64,000 nt of DNA. It comes from Centroscyllium fabricii. Lineage: Eukaryota. The DNA lies in contig JBNRSN020000005.1 in NCBI GenBank assembly GCA_051313645.2, positions 320,850,001 to 320,914,000 of the forward strand, given 5' to 3'. Shown here piece after piece: positions 40,201-52,800 of the stretch (within the stretch, counting starts at the first letter, position 1; every line of letters starts with the position of its first letter). The notes under the pieces were generated by a model. It ran no database searches, had not been told where the DNA came from, and worked only from the letters and a program-made list of their open reading frames with translations. The position numbers were made by a program, and so were the translations under genes.

Positions 40201-43200
40201 GTGAGCTCTGTGGGGAATGGAGCTGTGAGCTCTGTGGGGAATGGAGCTGTGAGCTCTGTGGGGAATGTAGCTGTGAGCTCTGTGGGGAATGGAGCTGTGA
40301 GCTCTGTGGGGAATGGAGCTGTGAGCTCTGTGGGGAATGGAGCTGTGAGCTCTGTGGGGAATGGAGCTGTGAGCTCTGTGGGGAATGGAGCTGTGAGCTC
40401 TGTGGGGAATGGAGCTGTGAGCTCTGTGGGCAATGGAGCTGTGAGCTCTGTGGGCAATGGAGCTGTGAGCGCTGTGGGCAATGAAGCTGTGAGCTCTGTG
40501 GGCAATGGAGCTGTGAGCTCTGTGGGCAATGGAGCTGTGAGATCTGTGGGGAATGGAGCTGGGAGCTCTGTGGGGAATGGAGCTGTGAGCTCTGTGGGGA
40601 ATGGAGCTGTGAGCTCTGTGGGCAATGGAGCTGTGAGCTCTGTGGGCAATGGAGCTGTGAGCTCTGTGGGGAATGGAGCTGTGAGCTCTGTGGGGAATGG
40701 AGCTGTGAGCTCTGAGGGGAATGGAGCTGTGAGCTCTGTGGGCAATGGAGCTGTGAGCTCTGTGGGGAATGGAGCTGTGAACTCTGTGGGGAATGGAGCT
40801 GTGAGCTCTGTGGGGAATGGAGCTGTGAGCTCTGTGGTGAATGGAGCTGTGAACTCTGTGGGGAATGGAGCTGTGAACTCTGTGGGGAATGGAGCTGTGA
40901 GCTCTGTGGGGAATGGAGCTGTGAGCTCTGTGGGGAATGGAGCTGTGAGCTCTGTGGGGAATGGAGCTGTGAACTCTGTGGGGAATGGAGCTGTGAGCTC
41001 TGTGGGGAATGGAGCTGTGAGCTCTGTGGGCAATGGAGCTGTGAGCTCTGTGGGGAATGGAGCTGTGAGCTCTGTGGGGAAGGGAGCTGTGAGCTCTGTG
41101 GGGAATGGAGCTGTGAGCTCTGTGGGGAATGGAGCTGTGAGCTCTGTGGGGAATGGAGCTGTGAGCTCTGTGGGGAATGGAGCTGTGAGCTCTGTGGGGA
41201 ATGGAGCTGTGAGCTCAGTGGGGAATGGAGCTGTGAGCTCTGTGGGGAATGGAGCTGTGAGCTCTGTGGGGAATGTAGCTGTGAACTCTGTGGGGAATGT
41301 AGCTGTGAGCTCTGTGGGGAATGTAGCTGTGAGCTCTGTGGGGAATGGAGCTGTGAGCTCTGTGGGGAATGGAGCTGTGAGCTCTGTGGGGAATGGAGCA
41401 TGAGCTCTGTGGGGAATGGAGCTGGGAGCTCTGTGGGGAATGGAGCTGGGAGCTCTGTGGGGAATGGAGCTGTGAGCTCTGTGGGGAATGTAGCTGTGAA
41501 CTCTGTGGGGAATGTAGCTGTGAGCTCTGTGGGGAATGTAGCTGTGAGCTCTGTGGGGAATGGAGCTGTGAGCTCTGTGGGGAATGGAGCTGTGAGCTCT
41601 GTGGGGAATGGAGAATGAGCTCTGTGGGGAATGGAGCTGGGAGCTCTGTGGGGAATGGAGCTGGGAGCTCTGTGGGGAATTGAGCTGGGAGCTCTGTGGG
41701 GAATGGAGCTGTGAGCTCTGTGGGGAATGGAGCTGTGAGCTCTGTGGGGAATGGAGCTGTGAGCTCTGTGGGGAATGGAGCTGTGAGCTCTGTGGGGAAT
41801 GGAGCTGTGAACTCTGTGGGGATTGGAGCTGTGAGCTCTGTGGGGAATGGAGCTGTGAGCTCTGTGGGGAATGGAGCTGTGAGCTCTGTGGGGAACGGAG
41901 CTGTGAGCTCTGTGTGGAACGGAGCTGTGAGCTCTGTGGGGAACGGAGCTGTGAGCTCTGTGGGGAACGGAGCTGTGAGCTCTGTGGGGAACGGAGCTGG
42001 GAGCTCTGTGGGGAACGGAGCTGGGAGCTCTGTGGGGAACGGAGCTGGGAGCTCTGTGGGGAATGGAGCTGGGAGCTCTGTGGGGAATGGAGCTGTGAGC
42101 TCTGTGGGGAATGGAGCTGTGAGCTCTCTGGGGAATGGAGCTGGGAGCTCTGTGGTGAATGGAGTTGTGAGCTCTGTGGGGAATGGAGCTGTGAGCTCTG
42201 TGGGGAATGGAGCTGTGAGCTCTGTGGGGAATGGAGCTGTGAGCTCTGTGGGGAATGGAGCTGTGAGCTCTGTGGGGAATGGAGCTGTGAGCTCTGTGGG
42301 GAATGGAGCTGTGAGCTCTGTGGGGAATGGAGCTTTGAGCTCTGTGGGGAATGGAGCTGTGAGCTCTGTGGGGAATGGAGCTGTGAACTCTGTGGGGAAT
42401 GGAGCTGTGAACTCTGTGGGGAATGGAGCTGTGAGCTCTGTGGGGAATGGAGCTGTGAGCTCTGTGGGGAATGGAGCTGTGAGCTCTGTGGGGAATGGAG
42501 CTGTGAACTCTGTGGGGAATGGAGCTGTGAGCTCTGTGGGGAATGGAGCTGTGAGCTCTGTGGGGAATGGAGCTGTGAGCTCTGTGGGGAAGGGAGCTGT
42601 GAGCTCTGTGGGGAATGGAGCTGTGAGCTCTGTGGGGAATGGAGCTGTGAGCTCTGTGGGGAATGGAGCTGTGAGCTCTGTGGGGAATGGAGCTGTGAGC
42701 TCTGTGGGGAATGGAGCTGTGAGCTCAGTGGGGAATGGAGCTGTGAGCTCTGTGGGGAATGTAGCTGTGATCTCTGTGGGGAATGTAGCTGTGAGCTCTG
42801 TGGGGAATGTAGCTGTGAGCTCTGTGGGGAATGGAGCTGTGAGCTCTGTGGGGAATGGAGCTGTGAGCTCTGTGGGGAATGGAGCATGAGCTCTGTGGGG
42901 AATGGAGCTGGGAGCTCTGTGGGGAATTGAGCTGGGAGCTCTGTGGGGAATGGAGCTGTGAGCTCTGTGGGGAATGGAGCTGTGAGCTCTGTGGGGAATG
43001 GAGCTGTGAGCTCTGTGGGGAATGGAGCTGTGAGCTCTGTGGGGAATGGAGCTGTGAGCTCTGTGGGGAATGGAGCTGTGAGCTCTGTGGGGAATGTAGC
43101 TGTGAGCTCTGTGGGGAATGGAGCTGTGAGCTCTGTGGGGAATGGAGCTGTGAGCTCTGTGGGGAATGGAGCTGTGAGCTCTGTGGGGAATGGAGCTGTG

Positions 43201-46200
43201 AGCTCTGTGGGGAATGGAGCTGTGAGCTCTGTGGGGAATGGAGCTGTGAGCTCTGTGGGCAATGGAGCTGTGAGCTCTGTGGGCAATGGAGCTGTGAGCG
43301 CTGTGGGCAATGAAGCTGTGAGCTCTGTGGGCAATGGAGCTGAGAGCTCTGTGGGCAATGGAGCTGTGAGCTCTGTGGGGAATGGAGCTGGGTGCTCTGT
43401 GGGGAATGGAGCTGTGAGCTCTGTGGGGAATGGAGCTGTGAGCTCTGTGGGCAATGGAGCTGTGAGCTCTGTGGGCAATGGAGCTGTGAGCTCTGTGGGG
43501 AATGGAGCTGTGAGCTCTGTGGGGAATGGAGCTGTGAGCTCTGAGGGGAATGGAGCTGTGAGCTCTGTGGGCAATGGAGCTGTGAGCTCTGTGGAGAATG
43601 GAGCTGTGAGCTCTGTGGAGAATGGAGCTGTGAACTCTGTGGGGAATGGAGCTGTGAGCTCTGTGGGGAATGGAGCTGTGAGCTCTGTGGGGAATGGAGC
43701 TGTGAGCTCTGTGTGGAATGGAGCTGTGAGCTCTGTGGGCAAAGGAGCTGTGAGCTCTGTGGGGAACGGAGCTGTGAGCTCTGTGGGGAATGGAGCTGTG
43801 AGCTCTGTGGGGAATGGAGCTGTGAGCTCTCTGGGGAATGGAGCTGGGAGCTCTGTGGTGAATGGAGCTGTGAGCTCTGTGGGGAATGGAGCTGTGAGCT
43901 CTGTGGGGAATGGAGCTGTGAGCTCTGTGGGGAATGGAGCATGAGCTCTGTGGGGAATGGAGCTGAGAGCTCTGTGGGGAATTGAGCTGGGAGCTCTGTG
44001 GGGAATGGAGCTGTGAGCTCTGTGGGGAATGGAGCTGTGAGCTCTGTGGGGAATGGAGCTGTGAGCTCTGTGGGGAATGGAGCTGTGAGCTCTGTGGGGA
44101 ATGGAGCTGTGAGCTCTGTGGGGAATGTAGCTGTGAGCTCTGTGGGGAATGGAGCTGTGAGCTCTGTGGGGAATGGAGCTGTGAGCTCTGTGGGGAATGG
44201 AGCTGTGAGCTCTGTGGGGAATGGAGCTGTGAGCTCTGTGGGGAATGGAGCTGTGAGCTCTGTGGGGAATGGAGCTGTGAGCTCTGTGGGCAATGGAGCT
44301 GTGAGCTCTGTGGGCAATGGAGCTGTGAGCGCTGTGGGCAATGAAGCTGTGAGCTCTGTGGGCAATGGAGCTGTGAGCTCTGTGGGCAATGGAGCTGTGA
44401 GCTCTGTGGGGAATGGAGCTGGGAGCTCTGTGGGGAATGGAGCTGTGAGCTCTGTGGGGAATGGAGCTGTGAGCTCTGTGGGCAATGGAGCTGTGAGCTC
44501 TGTGGGCAATGGAGCTATGAGCTCTGTGGGGAATGGAGCTGTGAGCTCTGTGGGGAATGGAGCTGTGAGCTCTGAGGGGAATGGAGCTGTGAGCTCTGTG
44601 GGCAATGGAGCTGTGAGCTCTGTGGGGAATGGAGCTGTGAACTCTGTGGGGAATGGAGCTGTGAGCTCTGTGGGGAATGGAGCTGTGAGCTCTGTGGGGA
44701 ATGGAGCTGTGAGCTCTGTGGGCAACGGAGATGTGAGCTCTGTGGGGAACGGAGCTGTGAGCTCTGTGGGGAATGGAGCTGTGAGCTCTGTGGGGAATGG
44801 AGCTGTGAGCTCTCTGGGGAATGGAGCTGGGAGCTCTGTGGTGAATGGAGTTGTGAGCTCTGTGGGGAATGGAGCTGTGAGCTCTGTGGGCAATGGAGCT
44901 GTGAGCTCTGTGGGGAATGGAGCTGTGAGCTCTGTGGGGAATGGAGCTGTGAGCTCTGTGGGGAATGGAGCTGTGAGCTCTGTGGGGAATGGAGCTGTGA
45001 GCTCTGTGGGGAATGGAGCTGTGAGCTCTGTGGGGAATGGAGCTGTGAGCTCTGTGGGGAATGGAGCTGTGAACTCTGTGGGGAATGGAGCTGCGAGCTC
45101 TGTGGGGAACGGAGCTGTGAGCTCTGTGGGGAACGGAGCTGTGAGCTCTGTGGGGAACGGAGCTGTGAGCTCTGTGGGGAACGGAGCTGGGAGCTCTGTG
45201 GGGAACGGAGCTGGGAGCTCTGTGGGGAATGGAGCTGTGAGCTCTGTGGGGAATGGAGCTGTGAGCTCTCTGGGGAATGGAGCTGGGAGCTCTGTGGTGA
45301 ATGGAGTTGTGAGCTCTGTGGGGAATGGAGCTGTGAGCTCTGTGGGGAATGGAGCTGTGAGCTCTGTGGGGAATGGAGCTGTGAGCTCTGTGGGGAATGG
45401 AGCTGTGAGCTCTGTGGGGAATGGAGCTGTGAGCTCTGTGGGGAATGGAGCTGTGAGCTCTGTGGGGAATGGAGCTGTGAGCTCTGTGGGGAATGGAGCT
45501 GTGAACTCTGTGGGGAATGGAGCTGTGAACTCTGTGGGGAATGGAGCTGTGAGCTCTGTGGGGAATGGAGCTGTGAGCTCTGTGGGGAATGGAGCTGTGA
45601 GCTCTGTGGGGAATGGAGCTGTGAGCTCAGTGGGGAATGGAGCTGTGAGCTCTGTGGGGAATGGAGCTGTGAGCTCTGTGGGGAATGTAGCTGTGAACTC
45701 TGTGGGGAATGTAGCTGTGAGCTCTGTGGGGAATGTAGCTGTGAGCTCTGTGGGGAATGGAGCTGTGAGCTCTGTGGGGAATGGAGCATGAGCTCTGTGG
45801 GGAATGGAGCTGGGAGCTCTGTGGGGAATGGAGCTGGGAGCTCTGTGGGGAATGGAGCTGTGAGCTCTGTGGGGAATGGAGCTGTGAGCTCTGTGGGGAA
45901 TGGAGCTGTGAGCTCTGTGGGGAATGGAGCTGTGAGCTCTGTGGGGAATGTAGCTGTGAGTTCTGTGGGGAATGGAGCTGTGAGCTCTGTGGGGAATGGA
46001 GCTGTGAGCTCTGTGGGGAATGGAGCTGTGAGCTCTGTGGGGAATGGAGCTGTGAGCTCTGTGGGGAATGGAGCTGTGAGCTCTGTGGGGAATGGAGCTG
46101 TGAGCTCTGTGGGGAATGGAGCTGTGAGCTCTGTGGGGAATGGAGCTGTGAGCTCTGTGGGCAATGGAGCTGTGAGCTCTGTGGGCAATGGAGCTGTGAG

Positions 46201-49200
46201 CGCTGTGGGCAATGAAGCTGTGAGCTCTGTGGGCAATGGAGCTGTGAGCTCTGTGGGCAATGGAGCTGTGAGCTCTGTGGGGAATGGATCTGGGAGCTCT
46301 GTGGGGAATGGAGCTGTGAGCTCTGTGGGGAATGGAGCTGTGAGCTCTGTGGGCAATGGAGCTGTGAGCTCTGTGGGGAATGGAGCTGTGAGCTCTGTGG
46401 GGAATGGAGCTGTGAGCTCTGAGGGGAATGGAGCTGTGAGCTCTGTGGGCAATGGAGCTGGGAGCTCTGTGGGGAATGGAGCTGTGAGCTCTGTGGGGAA
46501 TGGAGCTGTGAGCTCTGTGGGGAATGGAGCTGTGAGCTCTGTGGGGAATGGAGCTGTGAGCTCTGTGGGGAATGGAGCTGTGAGCTCTGTGGGGAATGGA
46601 GCTGTGAGCTCTGTGGGGAATGTAGCTGTGAGTTCTGTGGGGAATGGAGCTGTGAGCTCTGTGGGGAATGGAGCTGTGAGCTCTGTGGGGAATGGAGCTG
46701 TGAGCTCTGTGGGGAATGGAGCTGTGAGCTCTGTGGGGAATGGAGCTGTGAGCTCTGTGGGGAATGGAGCTGTGAGCTCTGTGGGGAATGGAGCTGTGAG
46801 CTCTGTGGGCAATGGAGCTGTGAGCTCTGTGGGCAATGGAGCTGTGAGCGCTGTGGGCAATGAAGCTGTGAGCTCTGTGGGCAATGGAGCTGTGAGCTCT
46901 GTGGGCAATGGAGCTGTGAGCTCTGTGGGGAATGGAGCTGGGAGCTCTGTGGGGAATGGAGCTGTGAGCTCTGTGGGGAATGGAGCGGTGAGCTCTGTGG
47001 GCAATGGAGCTGTGAGCTCTGTGGGGAATGGAGCTGTGAGCTCTGTGGGGAATGGAGCTGTGAGCTCTGAGGGGAATGGAGCTGTGAGCTCTGTGGGCAA
47101 TGGAGCTGTGAGCTCTGTGGGGAATGGAGCTGTGAACTCTGTGGGGAATGGAGCTGTGAACTCTGTGGGGAATGGAGCTGTGAGCTCTGTGGGGAATGGA
47201 GCTGTGAGCTCTGTGGGGAATGGAGCTGTGAGCTCTGTGGGGAACGGAGCTGTGAGCTCTGTGGGCAACGGAGCTGTGAGCTCTGTGGGCAATGGAGCTG
47301 TGAGCTCTGTGGGGAATGGAGCTGTGAGCTCTGTGGGGAATGGAGCTGTGAGTTCTGTGTGTAATGGAGCTGTGAGCTCTGTGGGGAATGGAGCTGTGAG
47401 CTCTGTGGGGAATGGAGCTGTGAGCTCTGTGGGGAATGGAGCTGTGAGCTCTGTGTGGAATGGAGCTGTGAGCTCTGTGGGGAACGGAGCTGTGAACTCT
47501 GTGGGGAATGGAGTTATGAGCTCTGTGGGGAATGGAGCTGTGAGCTCTGTGGGGAATGGAGCTGTGAGCTCTGTGGGGAATGAAGCTGTGAACTCTGTGG
47601 GGAATGGAGCTGTGAGCTCTGTGGGGAATGGAGCTGTGAGCTCTGTGGGCAATGGAGCTGTGAGCTCTGTGGGGAATGGAGCTGTGAGCTCTGTGGGGAA
47701 GGGAGCTATGCGCTCTGTGGGGAATGGAGCTGTGAGCTCTGTGGGGAAGGGAGCTGTGAGCTCTGTGGGGAATGGAGCTGTGAGCTCTGTGGGGAATGGA
47801 GCTGTGAGCTCTGTGGGGAATGGAGCTGTGAGCTCTGTGGGGAATGTAGCTGTGAACTCTGTGGGGAATGTAGCTGTGAGCTCTGTGGGGAAAGTAGCTG
47901 TGAGCTCTGTGGGGAATGGAGCTGTGAGCTCTGTGGGGAATGTAGCTGTGAGCTCTGTGGGGAATGGAGCTGTGAGCTCTGTGGGGAATGGAGCTGGGAG
48001 CTCTGTGGGGAATGGAGCTGGGAGCTCTGTGTGGAATTGAGCTGGGAGCTCTGTGGGGAATGGAGCTGTGAGCTCTGTGGGGAATGGAGCTGTGAGCTCT
48101 GTGGGGAATGGAGCTGTGAGCTCTGTGGGGAATGGAGCTGTGAGCTCTGTGGTGAATGGAGTTGTGAGCTCTGTGGGGAATGGAGCTGTGAGCTCTGTGG
48201 GGAATGGAGCTGTGAGCTCTGTGGGCAATGGAGCTGTGAGCTCTGTGGGGAATGGAGCTGTGAACTCTGTGGGGAATGGAGCTGTGAACTCTGTGGGGAA
48301 TGGAGCTGTGAGCTCTGTGGGGAATGGAGCTGTGAGCTCTGTGGGGAATGGAGCTGTGAGCTCTGTGGGGAACGGAGCTGTGAGCTCTGTGGGCAACGGA
48401 GCTGTGAGCTCTGTGGGCAATGGAGCTGTGAGCTCTGTGGGGAATGGAGCTGTGAGCTCTGTGGGGAATGGAGCTGTGAGTTCTGTGTGTAATGGAGCTG
48501 TGAGCTCTGTGGGGAATGGAGCTGTGAGCTCTGTGGGGAATGGAGCTGTGAGCTCTGTGGGGAATGGAGCTGTGAGCTCTGTGTGGAATGGAGCTGTGAG
48601 CTCTGTGGGGAACGGAGCTGTGAACTCTGTGGGGAATGGAGTTATGAGCTCTGTGGGGAATGGAGCTGTGAGCTCTGTGGGGAATGGAGCTGTGAGCTCT
48701 GTGGGGAATGAAGCTGTGAACTCTGTGGGGAATGGAGCTGTGAGCTCTGTGGGGAATGGAGCTGTGAGCTCTGTGGGCAATGGAGCTGTGAGCTCTGTGG
48801 GGAATGGAGCTGTGAGCTCTGTGGGGAAGGGAGCTATGCGCTCTGTGGGGAATGGAGCTGTGAGCTCTGTGGGGAAGGGAGCTGTGAGCTCTGTGGGGAA
48901 TGGAGCTGTGAGTTCTGTGGGGAATGGAGCTGTGAGCTCTGTGGGGAATGGAGCTGTGAGCTCTGTGGGGAATGTAGCTGTGAACTCTGTGGGGAATGTA
49001 GCTGTGAGCTCTGTGGGGAAAGTAGCTGTGAGCTCTGTGGGGAATGGAGCTGTGAGCTCTGTGGGGAATGTAGCTGTGAGCTCTGTGGGGAATGGAGCTG
49101 TGAGCTCTGTGGGGAATGGAGCTGGGAGCTCTGTGGGGAATGGAGCTGGGAGCTCTGTGTGGAATTGAGCTGGGAGCTCTGTGGGGAATGGAGCTGTGAG

Positions 49201-49800
49201 CTCTGTGGGGAATGGAGCTGTGAGCTCTGTGGGGAATGGAGCTGTGAGCTCTGTGGGGAATGGAGCTGTGAGCTCTGTGGTGAATGGAGTTGTGAGCTCT
49301 GTGGGGAATGGAGCTGTGAGCTCTGTGGGGAATGGAGCTGTGAGCTCTGTGGGGAATGGAGCTGTGAGCTCTGTGGGGAATGGAGCTGTGAGCTCTGTGG
49401 GGAATGGAGCTGTGAGCTCTGTGGGGAATGGAGCTGTGAGCTCTGTGGGGAACGGAGCTGTGAGCTCTGTGGGGAACGGAGCTGTGAGCTCTGTGGGGAA
49501 CGGAGCTGGGAGCTCTGTGGGGAACGGAGCTGGGAGCTCTGTGGGGAATGGAGCTGTGAGCTCTCTGGGGAATGGAGCTGTGAGCTCTCTGGGGAATGGA
49601 GCTGTGAGCTCTCTGGGGAATGGAGCTGGGAGCTCTGTGGTGAATGGAGTTGTGAGCTCTGTGGGGAATGGAGCTGTGAGCTCTGTGGGGAATGGAGCTG
49701 TGAGCTCTGTGGGGAATGGAGCTGTGAGCTCTGTGGGGAATGGAGCTGTGAGCTCTGTGGGGAATGGAGCTGTGAGCTCTGTGGGGAATGGAGCTGTGAG
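37300..49800. repeat. Near-identical second copy of array segment ~1-13,000 (offset mostly ~36.8 kb)
   Basis: Rare variants recur collinearly: GAGCTTTGAG 5501/42330, CTGAGAGCTC-GGGC 6511/43340 and GAGCTATGAG 7683/44512 (all +36,829); further landmarks at 2166/39019 (+36,853) and 9000/45781, 11250/48031 (+36,781). Offsets differ by whole monomers. Confidence 0.88.
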
Positions 49801-52800
49801 CTCTGTGGGGAATGGAGCTGTGAGCTCTGTGGGGAATGGAGCTGTGAGCTCTGTGGGTAATGGAGCTGTGAACTCTGTGGGGAATGGAGCTGTGAACTCT
49901 GTGGGGAATGGAGCTGTGAGCTCTGTGGGGAATGGAGCTGTGAGCTCTGTGGGGAATGGAGCTGTGAGCTCTGTGGGGAATGGAGCTGTGAACTCTGTGG
50001 GGAATGGAGCTGTGAGCTCTGTGGGGAATGGAGCTGTGAGCTCTGTGGGCAATGGAGCTGTGAGCTCTGTGGGGAATGGAGCTGTGAGCTCTGTGGGGAA
50101 TGGAGCTGTGAGCTCTGTGGGGAAGGGAGTTGTGAGCTCTGTGGGGAATGGAGCTGTGAGCTCTGTGGGGAATGGAGCTGTGAGCTCAGTGGGGAATGGA
50201 GCTGTGAGCTCTGTGGGGAATGGAGCTGTGAGCTCTGTGGGGAATGGAGCTGTGAGCTCTGTGGGGAATGTAGCTGTGAACTCTGTGGGGCATGTAGCTG
50301 TGAGCTCTGTGGGGAATGTAGCTGTGAGCTCTGTGGGGAATGGAGCTGTGAGCTCTGTGGGGAATGGAGCTGTGAGCTCTGTGGGGAATGGAGCATGAGC
50401 TCTGTGGGGAATGGAGCTGGGAGCTCTGTGGGGAATGGAGCTGGGAGCTCTGTGGGGAATTGAGCTGGGAGCTCTGTGGGGAATGGAGCTGTGAGCTCTG
50501 TGGGGAAATGAGCTGTGAGCTCTGTGGGGAATGGAGCTGTGAGCTCTGTGGGGAATGGAGCTGTGAGCTCTGTGGGGAATGGAGCTGTGAGCTCTGTGGG
50601 GAATGGAGCTGTGAGCTCTGTGGGGAATGGAGCTGTGAGCTCTGTGGGGAATGGAGCTGTGAGCTCTGTGGGCAATGGAGCTGTGAGCTCTGTGGGCAAT
50701 GGAGCTGTGAGCGCTGTGGGCAATGAAGCTGTGAGCTCTGTGGGCAATGGAGCTGTGAGCTCTGTGGGCAATGGAGCTGTGAGCTCTGTGGGGAATGGAG
50801 CTGGGAGCTCTGTGGGGAATGGAGCTGTGAGCTCTGTGGGGAATGGAGCTGTGAGCTCTGTGGGCAATGGAGCTGTGAGCTCTGTGGGGAATGGAGCTGT
50901 GAGCTCTGTGGGGAATGGAGCTGTGAGCTCTGAGGGGAATGGAGCTGTGAGCTCTGTGGGCAATGGAGCTGTGAGCTCTGTGGGGAATGGAGCTGGGAAC
51001 TCTGTGGGGAACGGAGCTGGGAGCTCTGTGGGGAATGGAGCTGTGAGCTCTGTGGGGAATGGAGCTGTGAGCTCTGTGGGGAATGGAGCTGGGAGCTCTG
51101 TGGTGAATGGAGTTGTGAGCTCTGTGGGGAATGGAGCTGTGAGCTCTGTGGGGAATGGAGCTGTGAGCTCTGTGGGGAATGGAGCTGTGAGCTCTGTGGG
51201 GAATGGAGCTGTGAGCTCTGTGGGGAATGGAGCTGTGAGCTCTGTGGGGAATGGAGCTGTGAGCTCTGTGGGGAATGGAGCTGTGAGCTCTGTGGGGAAT
51301 GGAGCTGTGAGCTCTGTGGGGAATGGAGCTGTGAGCTCTGTGGGCAATGGAGCTGTGAGCTCTGTGGGGAATGGAGCTGTGAGCTCTGTGGGGAATGGAG
51401 CTGTGAGCTCTGTGGGGAAGGGAGTTGTGAGCTCTGTGGGGAATGGAGCTGTGAGCTCTGTGGGGAATGGAGCTGTGAGCTCTGTGGGGAATGGAGCTGT
51501 GAGCTCTGTGGGGAATGTAGCTGTGAACTCTGTGGGGCATGTAGCTGTGAGCTCTGTGGGGAATGTAGCTGTGAGCTCTGTGGGGAATGGAGCTGTGAGC
51601 TCTGTGGGGAATGGAGCTGTGAGCTCTGTGGGGAATGGAGCATGAGCTCTGTGGGGAATGGAGCTGGGAGCTCTGTGGGGAATGGAGCTGGGAGCTCTGT
51701 GGGGAATTGAGCTGGGAGCTCTGTGGGGAATGGAGCTGTGAGCTCTGTGGGGAAATGAGCTGTGAGCTCTGTGGGGAATGGAGCTGTGAGCTCTGTGGGT
51801 AATGGAGCTGTGAGCTCTGTGGGGAATGGAGCTGTGAGCTCTGTGGGGAATGGAGCTGTGAGCTCTGTGGGGAATGTAGCTGTGAGTTCTGTGGGGAATT
51901 GAGCTGTGAGCTCTGTGGGGAATGGAGCTGTGAGCTCTGTGGGGAATGGAGCTGTGAGCTCTGTGGGGAATGGAGCTGTGAGCTCTGTGGGGAATGGAGC
52001 TGTGAGCTCTGTGGGGAATGGAGCTGTGAGCTCTGTGGGGAATGGAGCTGTGAGCTCTGTGGGCAATGGAGCTGTGAGCTCTGTGGGCAATGGAGCTGTG
52101 AGCGCTGTGGGCAATGAAGCTGTGAGCTCTGTGGGCAATGGAGCTGTGAGCTCTGTGGGCAATGGAGCTGTGAGCTCTGTGGGGAATGGAGCTGGGAGCT
52201 CTGTGGGGAATGGAGCTGTGAGCTCTGTGGGGAATGGAGCTGTGAGCTCTGTGGGCAATGGAGCTGTGAGCTCTGTGGGGAATGGAGCTGTGAGCTCTGT
52301 GGGGAATGGAGCTGTGAGCTCTGAGGGCAATGGAGCTGTGAGCTCTGTGGGCAATGGAGCTGTGAGCTCTGTGGGGAATGGAGCTGGGAACTCTGTGGGG
52401 AACGGAGCTGGGAGCTCTGTGGGGAATGGAGCTGTGAGCTCTGTGGGGAATGGAGCTGTGAGCTCTGTGGGGAATGGAGCTGGGAGCTCTGTGGTGAATG
52501 GAGTTGTGAGCTCTGTGGGGAATGGAGCTGTGAGCTCTGTGGGGAATGGAGCTGTGAGCTCTGTGGGGAATGGAGCTGTGAGCTCTGTGGGGAATGGAGC
52601 TGTGAGCTCTGTGGGGAATGGAGCTGTGTGCTCTGTGGGGAATGGAGCTGTGAGCTCTGTGGGGAATGGAGCTGTGAGCTCTGTGGGGAATGGAGCTGTG
52701 AGCTCTGTGGGGAATGGAGCTGTGAACTCTGTGGGGAATGGAGCTGTGAACTCTGTGGGGAATGGAGCTGTGAGCTCTGTGGGGAATGGAGCTGTGAGCT